Source: Podarcis gaigeae
Lineage: Eukaryota
Length of the DNA stretch: 64,000 bases
Direction: 5' to 3' (one strand)
Assembly (NCBI GenBank): GCA_964106915.2
Contig: OZ066914.1
A program made the translations under genes and the position numbers. Position 1 is the stretch's first letter, and every line of letters begins with the position of its first letter. A model generated the notes under the pieces. That model did not search any database, was not told the DNA's origin, and worked only from the letters and a program-made list of their open reading frames with translations. This document shows, piece after piece, positions 50,301 to 63,974 of this stretch.

Positions 50301-53300
50301 TTTGAAAAAATCCTTCTTAGTCTATGCTAAAGTGCAACAAAGCCAACACATTAGTTAGAGTTACACTCTCAAATATAATGGAAATTCAAATTTCCAATAC
50401 TAGTTTTTAAAAAGAAAAAAGCCGATTTTCATATCAAATTTTATATTAAGTTTTTGGAGCCTAAGAAGAGTTTGTTTATGAATCTTTGACAAATTGGAGG
50501 GGGGATTACACACTGCATTGTTACTTAATGCTTGTTTAGCATTAATTTAATGAAAAGCAGCTCAATGATCCCACTTCAATGTGAAAACAAGACCTTGAGA
50601 ATTTGTTCTCTCACGAGCCTTCGTAGTCTACAGTCTGCTTCATAATACTGAGCAGCTTTCCTGACATGTTTTTAAGGAAAAGTGTGGAAACCTCTTTATC
50701 CCGGTTGGTTTTGTTTTTTGTTTTGTTTTTTGTGGGGGGCTGGGCAGTGGTGGAGAGATCATTGAATTTTAACTATAAATAGTCTGTTTTCTCAATTCTT
50801 TCAGTGTGTGAAAAAGTGACCTTCAACAGGCAACTGTCAAAATTTTGGGCTCATATATGGAATTGTCTGCATGAAGTAAATGGCCCAGTGGGTCATGTTG
50901 AAGCCCGTGTTTCCACTTTCCTTCCCCATCCCCTTCTTTGAATGTATAATGTATTAAAGTTGTTTTTAATGAATGTTGTGTTAATCTTCTGTGAAATGTA
51001 ATGTTATTTTAAAAATAATAAAGTACACATAAAAAACTATGTGTTTTGACTTGAGGAATGTTTTTAGACATTTTTTAAAATTGGTTTAGGGTTTTGGTCT
51101 TAACTCCTCTTTTGTTTTTATTCTAAGTTGCTTATTATTTGATAATTTGTAACTCATTCTGGGTCCTGTATATAGCTACAGCAATAGGATTCAAATGCCT
51201 AAGTAAAACTTCCTTCTTAGTTATCTACAACTGTACTATACCGGAACACTCAAGCATATTATTATGAAGCTAGATTTTTTTTAAATACAAACTGCAGTGG
51301 TGTGGGACATTATTCGAGAATGAAAATGTAAATTCCCTATTTTCTATTATTTTATTTGTGGTGTTTGATAACATGAAGTTCTAAGTATCAAAATTGTTAA
51401 ACTTTAACACACGACTGAATTCTGTCTATCTGGAAGAAAGTATCTCAGGCCCAGTTACAGAAGCCATGGTTCCCCACTATGTTAACAGATCAAGTAACTC
51501 CCTGCTCTTTCCGTCATGGCTGCAAGGACACCTGAAACTTCCACTTTTAACTACAGTTCTCCACAAGATCAACATCTAGCACAATGCGGTTTGCGTAGAC
51601 TAGGGGTGGGGAATATGTGGCCCTCCAGGTGTTGCAGCATCCAACTGTCAACAGCCACAGCCAACATGGCCAACCTTCAGGGATGATGCAAATTTAGCAT
51701 AACATCTGTAGGCCCGCAGGGTTGCTATCCTTTGTTTAAACTAAGAAGAAGCCAAATTTCAGGGCAAATCTCTTCCTTATGGCTTTAGAAGGCTTACTAC
51801 AGTTCATTCACATAGCAGAAAACAAATTTATCTAGTAGGTGTGTTTTGAATTGTAGCCTTTGCCACTTAACTGCTCGTTCCGGAAAATTAAATCAAAGGG
51901 ATATATTTTGTCAATTTATGTTGTTGTTGTCGTCCCTTGTGTAGTACATTCCCAGAATAGTACTTTGTAACATTTCCACACTATTATTGGACCTAAAACA
52001 TTTAATTAAGCCTCACAACAACCCTGTGAGGTAGGTAACAGTATAGCTATTGGATGGGAAGCTGTTTAATTAAACTTACCAAAAATGGCCAGGATATCAG
52101 AAGAGGTAAGAAGAGAAAGCTCAGATCTAGTCATTGGTATGTGCCATGAGGATTCACCAAGATTCTGTGTTTCTTTAGCTGTGGCATAGTACTATTTGTA
52201 GAATTTGGCAGCAATCATTAATTTTTATCATGTTCACTTAGCTGTTCATGTTAGATATTCTCAAGTTAAATTGTATCACCATCCTTGCGCCATAGCTTTT
52301 TCCATAGCTAGGCCTCTGTACAACTTTGTATGTTATAAAAGCATGTTACTGCATAATTGTATCCATGTGCATGGTGTTGTCATAAGAGCTGATGCTCAAA
52401 TTTTCAGATTCGCTAGCATTCAAAACTTATTCTGTCTTCTAGCCCAGCACCATCCACATGCTCACTACTGAGAAAGACCAGATGAATAATCTGGGCTCCT
52501 GTTCTATTTCCTCCAATCTATTCCCTGACACAGTATCCTGAACACTGATCAGCTAACCAATACAGTATTATGCCTCGCTCTGTGGAGATGCAGAATCCAG
52601 GTGAGTGAATGTTAAGAAACCACAAAGAAGGATGATCAAACATGGGATGAAGATATATAAGGCTGCAATAAAAATGTATCTGTACCTTGCACTGTGATGT
52701 GCAAGATGATGTGGCAAGAGAATAAAATATGGCAACAAAAAGACAGTAAGGAAGGGTATTTTCTGGATGAAGAGGTGGAAGTAAAGACTTACGTTTGAAT
52801 GAGTATAGGAGCAATACAAACACCTTACTACATTTTAGAAGCAAAGGATTGCTAGGCAACAGGTAATGCACCGAGGTAAGCATTGCTGGGATACAATCCA
52901 GGCAAAACAGGATAAGATGGAAGAAGAGGAATCTTCCATGGCCTAGCTCTGTCCTGGATTCTCTCTATACCCAGCCGATGCTGCTTCATGGACAACAATA
53001 GACATAGATGGATCTAGATATTCCCATCTCATTTGTCCCATAGCAATAGCCTTGAAAGTTATAGTCTCTATCTACCTTCAAGCTGGCACAAACTACCCCT
53101 GGTTATGCAGGAACACATTTTAACTACCTTGGTGTCAAACAACCATTTTTTAATTGGACGGAGATTGGTACAGCCCAATATTCATGTTCCTTCCCAATCA
53201 AATACATCATCACTCCTCAACTCACACACACAACTTTTCATAGATTCAAAATCTGTTAAATACACATAGGAAGAACTCTATCAAGCAGTAGTGACAGAAA

Positions 53301-56300
53301 AGGGAATGCCATGTACCTATTTCCTGACAAGACAAAGGCAGAATGACAAACAAAAATTTTGTTTTTGTGCAAAGTTTTGGAGTTGACTTACAAGAAATTA
53401 TTTCTTTTCATAATGTTAGAAAATCAGAATATTAAAAACAATTTTTCCAACAGTAAATGATACTACGAGTAGTAATATAAAGCTTTAGGGGACAAAGCCA
53501 GTGCCTGTTTCCTACCTACATCCTAATACTGCTCATAACCACTGAGTGACACAGGTAGGACTAAATAAACCCAGAGTGTATTTTTCATTTCGGAATTGAC
53601 ACATCACATAGTTTTTAACATAATCCTTCTAGTGTCACTGGCACAGCAGGAAACAATGTGCCCAAAATCCAGTCCTTTACATGGTGACATCCAGCAAGAA
53701 CCATTCGCCAGTGGAATCAACTTCCACTTATGCAATGGGACTACTAACCCTCTGGAGTAGATTTGGAGGTCAACAAGGGAGTGGGGGAGCACTCCTGAGG
53801 TGGAGGAGAGGAAGGATATATCCTACTGCATGAAGTCAATTGCATACTGTTGGGTATCACCATTTTTAATGTGACTAGCAAAGTAATTGGGCCAAAAGGT
53901 ATCTCAAGAAATCTGCTGATTTTTGCCTGGAAAGTACTGAAATAAAAATATCCTATGGGTTTTTTCAAATTAAAACTAATTAAGGACATTTTTAAAGGAT
54001 TCATTAAAAGCAGTAAAGCTTACTGTCACACAATGTGTTTTAGGACTATAAACAGGAAAATAGTAACAGTATAGGAGTTAGAGGCGCGAAATCAGCAGAA
54101 TAAGACACACAATATTTCTTATATTCTTAAAATTTAAAGATATTTACAATCTGCATATGAACTAAATTTGACAAATTCCATTACTTCTTTTAAAATGCTA
54201 ATTCATTAACATGTAACCCATGATAATTCTAAGGCAGTAAAAGGACCAGGGCAAGGTAATATTTGTGGATAAGAAGTTTGTCAGACTTAACTATCATTTT
54301 GCTCTGTAATTATATGCTTATGAGTGAGTGGACAAGACAATGCTTTAGTGGCTTGGATAATGCTTCTGTAGTCATAGGCACGGGAGTCAAAAGAAGATTT
54401 CCAAAACCTTAATTCATATGGAGGCCGGCACTAATGGCTCAAGAAAACTGGGGACATACAAAATACTTGTAAAGTCAAAATCCACTATGTAAACCAACAG
54501 CTTATAAATCCTATTTTTAAGTACAAACATAGTGAGTACTTTCTAGCCAGTTCCCCTCTGAAGAAAAGACAGAATATACATTTTTTTTATTATTGGGTGT
54601 ACCTTTGGTCTGACATGTATCCATGGGTTGAGCATCCAAAGGGGCCCAAGAATGAAAAAATGTCCTGTCTTCTTTTCCATTGCCAGTCTCCCAAGTCTCA
54701 TGAGAAGTGATATGGGACAGAATTTTTTGTTTTGTGGCTTCATTAGTAAAAATGTACCAATTACAAATGTAATATTAAGGAAGCATGGGAGTTTCAAAGG
54801 TTTTAGCTTTATTTACTAAATACAAGTAAAACAAGTATGCTCTCTAGGGAAACTAAAAATTTTCTGATACAAATTACCCATCTCATTGCTCATGGGTGTT
54901 GCTTTTAAAAGGCATTCAGCCCACTGAAGGGAGATTTGGGGGGGTCACAGGGGGTTGGTTGGAAGGAGAGAGCTGAAATGCATATGAAGACAGTGTTGGC
55001 ACACTGGGAGGAATTCAATGCTGTGCATTTTAAAACATTCTATCAGTAGAAGCATTTTTCTTCCCCAAGGAAACAATCTCTTTTCTCCTCCCGTCTGCTA
55101 TTCAGATGCGGGGCATCTTTCACACACCCCCAAGCCAATTTGAAGGGGGTTGTGTGGCACGTTGGGGAAGGAGAGGGTTAAAGTCTTGAGTTGCTAGAAG
55201 AAGTCCCTATGCAGATTTCCGCTAACAGGGCCTGGTACTTCAATCAGGCCATAGGATCCTGGATATTGTCCAAATACTAAAGGTGAATGTTCCAGCTTAT
55301 TCTACCATAAACTATTATCTACAACTAGGATTGCCAATGTTGGGCAGTATCCAACTAAATAGTTCTGCCAGTGCAAGGACTTTTAGCTGCACAATAAAAC
55401 TTCCCTTGTCCTCTCCTTGCCTACTCCTAATAATGTTCCAGGGTGGGTGGATGGGAAGGGTTGTCCCCCAACACGTCAAACCAAATTTACAAAATGAGCA
55501 GGGAGTGTGCAGGGAAATGAGAGGGCAGGAATGTTCCAAGATTCCAGAAGAAATTATAATAGTATTACTGAAGATTAAGACTTTTGACAATGCACAGAAT
55601 CCCTATCTACTTTTGCCCTTCACGGTTAAATCTAACAGTTTACAATGTGTGAGTACCAGCCACTAAGAAAGGACAATATTGCCTACTGGATTCACATAGG
55701 CAAGTGTGCTATTATAATGAAGTTTTAAATCCAGGGTTCTCAAACCAGCAGCTCTTCAAGCCTTCTGAAGACAAGTAGAAAAACTGGGAAAGTCCACAGC
55801 CTAAAGCTATGACCAAGCACATCACATAAAAACAAGAAAAATAGCGTGGCATTCAACTTTTTTGCTCTGTTAACAGAAAAAACAAGAGTAGCATTCATGG
55901 GACAGATCTTTCATCTGTGGAACAAACATGTCAGATACTACCTGTGGATAAATCAGCACAGATAAAAAAAGAAGCTAATCATCAGTATGGCTGATCAATA
56001 TTCCCACTGCCTCTGGTATGGATCAGCACATGCTGCTGGCAGGGTGTAGAGAATACATCTCTAAAAAGGCTGCCTTACATTTGAGAACCTGCATTAGCAG
56101 AGAGGGTGCCGCATACAACACCTAACAACTTATTTTACTTACCATTTTAGATAAAGATTTAAGTTTACTCTAATTTGACATAAATACTATAGTTATTATA
56201 ATGTTAAAAACCTATGACATGCATCTCCACGTGCCAGGGAAAGTCATATTTATATAAAGTATTATTATGAAGATGTTTTTCTGAGAAAGAATGCTATCCA

Positions 56301-56658
56301 TAATTTCAGTTCATCCTTTGCACTTTTAACAGAGCAGGATAAAAAGCTTATTCATTTTGGTTATGAAATATTTTGTTAGACAGGTACTTGAAAATGTGAC
56401 TTGCATAATTCACATTTATGTTTTACCGCATTCAGTGATTTTCAAATAAAAATATGCATTTCCAACCCCCCTCTAGCAAACATTTCAAAAACTGAAACAG
56501 CCTAGGAATAATAATAAAAATGTTAGAGCCCAACAAATCACAAAGCCATTTGTTAATTTTTATGGGAAAAAGGAGCTCTAAATAAATGACACAGGAGGCA
56601 ATAAATTGACACGACAAGTAAATAAAAGGCTAAAGCACTCCAATACCATTGAAACGGT

Positions 56659-56664
56659 TTTAAT
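56659..56664 (-). terminator. CSTF3: Conserved CSTF3 intron-3 proximal poly(A) signal (ATTAAA)
   Basis: Context ctgatgattgttgcattatggacttgcaacaacATTAAAaccg matches the mammalian intronic PAS as recalled. It lies ~210 nt past exon 3 with downstream U/GU-rich sequence. Confidence 0.85.
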
Positions 56665-56871
56665 GTTGTTGCAAGTCCATAATGCAACAATCATCAGATC
56701 ATAGAGAGACCCAAATATTTAGAAATAATTTTAATTACCCCCTTTCACCTGTTGTACAGAATTAAGAAATGCTCAATCCCTCCTTTACCTGAGTTTGTGT
56801 ATGTGCCTAACAAGTTATGTTTCAGTGCCAACTTAAATTCCTATTATATGTTTAAGAAAGAAAATGAAAAT

Positions 56872-57003
56872 NNNNNNNNNNNNNNNNNNNNNNNNNNNNN
56901 NNNNNNNNNNNNNNNNNNNNNNNNNNNNNNNNNNNNNNNNNNNNNNNNNNNNNNNNNNNNNNNNNNNNNNNNNNNNNNNNNNNNNNNNNNNNNNNNNNNN
57001 NNN
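56872..57003. other. CSTF3: 132-N gap that should contain CSTF3 exon 3 (96 nt)
   Basis: NQPIDKARK...YIEAE is not found elsewhere; the flanks are short intron 2 and the U-rich start of intron 3. Confidence 0.85.
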
Positions 57004-57098
57004 ATATTTATAATGTAAAAATGTATTGACATTTACTTCAGAACCAATCACTGTGAGTGGACCCATTGATAAGGAAATGTAATCCTATGTCACTAAAC

Positions 57099-57200
57099 CT
57101 GTGCCTCTCGAATGAGAATGCTCCAAGCGTCAAGGTCATATGGATTCTCTTCTAGTTTCTTTTCAGCTTTCTTTACTTTTTCTGGGACATATTCAGCAGC
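57099..57200 (-). CDS. CSTF3: CSTF3 exon 2
   Basis: 102 nt, [34 protein letters not shown]; ttttctag| acceptor and |gtttag donor. Confidence 0.97.
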
Positions 57201-58960
57201 CTAGAAAACACAAAGTAGTTGGTTAAAAGGGTATATAAATATGTTAATAAAATCAATGCCATCTGCTAGCTATATCATCAATGTTCACATATCCATAGTA
57301 ATCATTAGATTAATATATGCCAGCCTACAAGTTTTTCCACAGTAGTACTTTGATGCGTATGCACAAGAATCACACATCAAGTCCACAGAAAAGCTCTCCA
57401 TTGCAATGTAAAAAATGGCTCAAAATGTTAGGTTTAAAATAACAGAGTAAACTGAAGGTTATTGTAATAGGCATCACCAGTCTTCTGCATTAGTACCAAA
57501 AATAATACATGCATGTTTGAATCAGTCTTGGAATACAAAACATTTGAATAGCTCCTTCCCTTCTCCCTAACAACAACAAAAACAGAGTATCACTGGTTAA
57601 AAATTATTTTAACAAGTTTCTAGTCTTTGAGAGAAACTTTTTAAACTGTTGGTCTACAATGCAAACTAGCCTCAAAATAATTTAGGATAACAATAGATTT
57701 TCACCCTGCCACTGGATTCCAAAGATTTAAGAGTGCTCTTCTTATAAATAAAGTAACAAATTATCATCAAATAAATAAATAAATTCTTATTTCAAAGAGC
57801 TTGCGTAAGGTGACTGGACTGGACTTCCTCCCAATCCCATGAATCTAGGATCTTCTGAATAAGCTATGACAGAAGGTAAGTTTGAAGACATTATTAGTTG
57901 TAGTAATAACTCCCTGTTCTTTTAAAGAATACAGCCCATTATTGTGTAACTAAAAAAATATATGCAACACTTCAGATACTACACACAAGCAACCCATATT
58001 AAACCAATAAGAAAGCTTCCTTCTTCGTATGCCTAGATATTTTTTGAAATTAGTATTTTAATTTATAATCTAAAATATGAAGCAAGTAGAAGTTTGTCTA
58101 CACTAGCTGTTATACAGTGCGTAAGTGCCAGGTTCAGTCATTTGGGAAGACTCCAAACCTTTGCATATTTATAGTTGTCTAGCTATATATAGAATTTTGA
58201 AAAACTAATAGTGACAGTTAAAGACTGAGTTTAATCTAACTTTGGAAAGGGTGCAGTATACTAGCACTAAGATTTGGCAACACTCAAGAATGCTAGCAAC
58301 TGTGGCTGCAGTATAACCTTAAGGCTGAGCTACACAACAAGAAGGAAAAACTGACATTCTAGTTGAGCCTATTTATCTTACATTGTGTATTAGAGGACTG
58401 CAGTCTTGCAGGCCAGTATCAATGAAGTAGTTGACAGTTTCCCATCATCATTATTTACTTAAAATACAAAGAGCTGCTCAAAAGCAATAAAATCAACACA
58501 GGGCTGTGTCTCCAGGATTACAAAACATGGCAGTACCTTTTCTCAAAAGATGAGAGCAAAAGAATCATGGGCTGCCATTGGCTTAATCTAGCAGGCTCTT
58601 CTTGCCTTCTCCCAACTCCCACTTTTTCACATTCCATTCCATTCAAAGCAAAAGGGTTCAAATGAGCAAAACTACTAAGAAGAATAATGTAAGTATGAGC
58701 ATAGTTGGTTTGCAGGACTGTGTCATGACTTAGTCCTCTGGCTTTTAGCTTTAATTCAGCAGAACATTATACCAGGATGTTCGAACAGGTAGAGCATTCG
58801 AACAGGTAGAGAAATCCATGAACGGGACTTAATATTTTACTTTAAAAAAAAATTAACACCACCACCCTTAAACTTGAAATAATCAGTTTATTAAATTTAT
58901 TGATTTCTGCAAAAATATGGGGTCTACGTTGTTTACTCATGCAATTCATGAGTGGTTAAT

Positions 58961-59024
58961 GTTGTTGTTGTTTAGTCGTTTAGTGTCCGACTCTTTGTGA
59001 CCCCATGGACCAGAGCACGCCAGG
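58961..59024 (-). mobile_element. 5'-truncated RTE/BovB-type 3' end
   Basis: WRALVHGVTKSRT-encoding terminus with (CAA)n tail; flanked by ggttaatgt direct repeats. Confidence 0.8.
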
Positions 59025-59559
59025 TTAATGTACAGTGGTTAATATACAGTGTACAATGTACAGTGTATCTATTCTTTTGCATGTTTTCTCTCATTCTATA
59101 TAAAGGTATCTTTGCAAAATAGTAACTACTACAACAACCAGTCTGACTTGACTTCAGCAGAGGTAATGAAGGTAAATGCAACTTTGGCATAAAACAGAAT
59201 CCCAATGTCACAATGAACTGAGCTTATGAGACTCAGCTACAAAAAATCAATATGGACTCATTCATATAAGCTCAAACAGTCCTATGGCTAAGATTTCTAA
59301 CAGTATTCATTTATTAATTAGATTTATTATATTGTTAACTATTATTATATCCCTAACACATGCAGTGACAACCATTAAGTTAAACAAAATAACAATAAAT
59401 TTAAATTTACAGCATGTAATACTTTATCTGTTCCTGCCACAATACACCACTAAACTCACCTTCACTAACAAAGCCCTGGATGAAAAAGTATTAATTAGCA
59501 TCTAAAACAAAGCAGAGTTGGTGTCAATTGCAATTTTGTGGCAGGGCATTCATTCTAAA

Positions 59560-59960
59560 GGCCCTCTCCCATAGGACTCTACATGGAATAGCAAGGGCAT
59601 CTCCAGTAGATCTTGCAGGCCAGGTAGGATGAAATGTTGCAGCTGCCTTGGGAACCTTCAAGTTGAAGGGAAACGTTTGTTACCCAATGCTGTCTGTAGC
59701 TGAACAGAACAGCAATGGAAAGTGACAGTCCTGTTGTCTGAGCAAAGGTCTATTGGCACAACACTAGCTGCCATCCAGAACAAATAACACAACCACCTTG
59801 AATAGGGCTTGGTGGCATATAGGCAGCCAGTGCAGACTGGCGTTACATTGTTCTACTTGGCTGAATTAGTCAAAACTGTAGCAGCAATGGTCTGAACCAG
59901 TTGCAGCTTTCAAACCATTTTCAGTCCAACCTAGAGTACGTTACAGTAATCTGATAATTG
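59560..59960 (-). mobile_element. L2-like LINE fragment
   Basis: DYCN...LKMV*KLQLVQT.AA.VLT and LHWLPI motifs on the - strand. Confidence 0.65.
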
Positions 59961-62900
59961 TGTGGGTATCCCAATTGTGCAGAGACACAAAATCAGGTAC
60001 TTTCACACTGAAATTCCTCTACAGACACCATACAGCTGTTACAGAAAGTGGCAGTAATGTCAAGGGTGGGACTACAAGCAGGGCCTCTCCTATATTTGTA
60101 GCCTATGGGCTACAAATGAAAATGCATGATCTAACATGCAATCCTTATTACAGCACTCTCTGACTAGGGAACCTGCATTTCATTTTCAGATTTGTAGTAA
60201 GAAAGAAAAAAAGATGGCAGACCTGACAAACTTCATGGGGAGAGGCATGTGATATGTGGAGCTGAACAGTGCAGGGTGGTTAAAATAATTCTAATTAAAC
60301 GTTATTTGTAACATGCGGCTTAAAAAAATAATAACCTGCCTAAAAAGAAATTTAATTTAACACCCATATGTCTACACTTACTCTGAAAACTGAATCATGA
60401 CCAACTATCAAAAACAAAATTCAAGGTCCTTAAAAATGAATAAAAGATAAAGCACTGGGAGGGGTCCACTGAGGATAGATAGATTATAATAATAACAGAT
60501 TAATAGTGTTGTATTATATTAAAAGTACTGTATATTTATAACTGTGGATTTCCTAATGGACCCATTATAGCAAGTTGTTATGTGTACTAGAATTCAAGAG
60601 TTGTCATAATGAATCCCAACTTAATCATCCACTACATGCTATTGTATCTCTATTATGCCTCCCACTATTTCAGTTTGCATTTTTTCCAGTTCTTTAGTTA
60701 TGAATATTTATTCTTTATCGAACATGAGCATTTACTTTCTATCACCTTTCCCTAGGAACTACCATTTTTAACTGGCACCTAGAAAGCTAAGAACAATGCA
60801 TTTTAATGGTTGCAGCATTTAGTAAACATGCATGATTGCACAGGAAATATATGAATACCAAAAATGAGAAACAATTTACATCTATGATTTAAATTGGTCT
60901 TTTTTACAATTTAAATCAATCAACCCTATGATAATTTAAGTGTGAATAGCATGAAGCAAAAGAATCTCACTGAAAGAGGTGCAGTAAGCTACTTCTTATT
61001 ATGAAAGAACATATCTCTATCTGCCCTTCCAAGCCTAAGAAAGCGATCAACAGATATGAGTTCTCAATCTCAGCTGCACACTGCTGCCTCCCATTGCAAT
61101 ACATGTGTGGCTGGAGGACTGCCTTTGTATTCATTCTACAGGACAGCAAAACTACTTGGACATTCACTATTGGTCTTTCTTCTCAAGTCAAGAAAGACAG
61201 CTCCCTGTCTACTGTCCTGTAGTAAAATAGAACAAGGTTAAGCAACCAATGATGCACGCACAGACATTTTCCAAACTGGGCAATACGTGAGAAGTAGAAG
61301 TGGGTGTGTTTGAAATATGAAGCTTCAATGAACCAACTGATTCAAGATATAATAGAGAAGGGACAGTTATATAGTTAACAAAAGATGCAGTCATAAAACT
61401 TCTTGTGTAATTTCTGAGCTTCAGATATTTTATGCAATTCTCCATTTCCTTAGAAATGGGAGCAGCACATACTGGGACTGATGAAATTAGCTGTCTGGAA
61501 CAACACAATAAGGAAATGGTACACATAGCATGTTCTTACATTAATCTACCTTAACTAAGCACATTATGAAACCTTCCTTGACTGGTTAACTGTTGCTGCT
61601 GGGTTGAGAGAATGGATAGTATTCAAACACAGGCTCAAGAATTGAGTTTTAAACCAGTCATAAATGTATTACAGCTGATGAAAATGCAAAATGTTAAACC
61701 CAGCCAGGTGACAAAAATTATATCGAGTGTTACCATTCTTAAAATTTATGTGGGAATGAATGAGGTAAAAAATGACTGTGCTTTGCTGTAAGATCAATTA
61801 ATAACATTTATTTGATGGCAGTGAAAACCAGTGAATGAGCCATTTACCGCCTTCCTTCTTTCCTCTGACGTTGTACTGTTGAACTGGTCATAAGGAGGGA
61901 GGAGGAGAGCAGAGCACTGATAATGTGTGACGTATATTAATACTCCTTCCATTTGCCTGTGGGACCATATTAAAAAGTTTGAAAACCACTTGGTTACAGA
62001 GTGGCAATCTTCACCTAAGTCTTTCCTCATTTATTGTCTGTCAAGGAACCTATGCACATTGCAGAGGATTCAGGCAATAGTCAAAGATGCAAACTCAATT
62101 AACATTGTGGGCTATTGCCACTGCCTTACATGAACTGTACTCTAGAATGCATCCCAAACTCCCATGCATTCCCATGAGTGATCCACTCTGGCTGAGTTGA
62201 GTCTGAAGTCAGGAGCCATGCCACATATAGTGCTAAGAATTCCAATGCTGGAACACCAGTGCATGTTTGCCTTATTGCACTTATTTATGGCAGACCTACC
62301 ATGGAGATTAAGAGCCTAAGGCCTATGTAGCAAACATACACGAACAGTTTTTGGCCGGTGAACATTACTTTGGATTAGACAAAACTGTAGTGTTTATGTT
62401 TATATTAAGTAGATTCCACACTCATGCAAGTTCTGAGACAGATAGCCTGATAAGTTCTCATTTTTATTATAAATTCTGCAGAAACTAAAATCATTTGCAC
62501 ATTTATTAGCAAGGAAGTTCCACTGGACTCAGTAGGACATGCATCTTCATATAATTATTCTTAACTTTGTTCTTCCTAAACTGAAATACAACCAAGACAT
62601 TTGGAATCCTTTTCCATGTAAAGGTATTGCTAGCAACTACCGTTTCACTTCAGTTTCCCAAGCCTGTGATACTATGGCCATGGATTTTAAACAGTTGTCT
62701 GTATTTTTACAGCAGAGCTTTCCAAACTGTCATGAAAAATTATGTGTGTCGGCTGCAGTGTGTAGGTGTGTTATGCGAACACTCTTATAAGGGATTAGTT
62801 TAATCTCTGGTTTGCTAGTAAAATTGAATTACTGTGTCGCGAAATGTTGCATGTTTAAAAAGTGTGTCACCAGTGTGCAAAGTTTGGAAAGCTCTGCTCT

Positions 62901-63606
62901 ACAGAAAAGAACTTCAACAAGATTTGAAACTGTCTTCCAACACTTTTGTTGGCGACTTCTGTCTCTTAAAGCAAAAGCAACAGTGTGCTCCAATATTTGG
63001 TGTATGCACACATTTATTCCTTGAATGGTTTTGAGAATGTTCAAGTTATACTCAACTTCACTCCTGCCCCTGCTTAATCACGAGGCCTACCCCTCCCATG
63101 CTAGTGAAATGAATAAAAAAAACTGTGGCTGGAATAAATAACTGCACAACAGGAAGACATCCCAACATAGCTCCTTCTGTTATCCAGGCTGCAGCAGTGG
63201 ATATACAGGAGTCTAAGCCATGTCTCCAGCTTCAGTTCTCAGCTTGTACTACTGAGACATCAGGTTTGATAAAATGAGGTTCGGAGGGCTTAAAAGATAA
63301 CCCCCCCCAACAATCCTTCATCCAGACTACTGCATCCAAAGATACTTGGATTTGTTTTTATTTGTTGCAGCAGTAAGTGAAAACCAGGGATCCTTCCAGT
63401 TTGGAGGCAGTATGTTCTGTGGGAAATGCAATGGACTTTCAAGTAACAGAAGGAGGGTTCTTCTTATGTTTGTATTATATAAGAGCAGCTATGCCTCTCC
63501 AGAAACTCTGTCACCTTTGCAGAAGCAAAGCAAACTATAGTACCATCTATCATCCTGGTTTCATGCACTCTGCCAAAATAATTTACTTCCTCCTATAGGA
63601 GACTAG

Positions 63607-63974
63607 GGACGCAGGGACACAGGTGGCGCTGTGGGTTAAAGCCTCAGCGCCTAGGACTTGCCGATGAAAAGGTCGGCGGTTCGAATCCCTGCGGCGGGGT
63701 GCGCTCCCGCTGCTCGGTCCCAACGCCTGCCAACCTAGCAGTTCGAAAGCACCTCCGGGTGCAAGTAGATAAATAGGGACCGCTTACCAGCGGGAAGGTA
63801 AACGGCGTTTCCGTGTGCGGCTCTGGCTCGCCAGAGCAGCGATGTCACGCTGGCCACGTGACCCGGAAGTGTCTCCGGACAGCGCTGGCCCCTGGCCTCT
63901 TAAGTGAGATGGGCGCACAACCCCAGAGTCTGTCAAGACTGGTCCGTACGGGCAGGGGTACCTTTACCTTTTTA
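63607..63974 (+). mobile_element. Young full-length Sauria SINE
   Basis: Intact A/B boxes, CpG-rich, ACCTTT tail, perfect 15-bp TSD CCTATAGGAGACTAG (63592-63606 and 63975-63989). Confidence 0.95.

Noticed and set aside
52520-52900. Possible solo LTR (CCAAT, TATATAA, AATAAA in order)
   Set aside because: No definable termini, TSD or second copy in the window.
56134-56212. Cryptic exon ending at a strong AAATG|GTAAGT donor downstream of the intronic PAS
   Set aside because: The upstream acceptor lacks a convincing pyrimidine tract; no other support.
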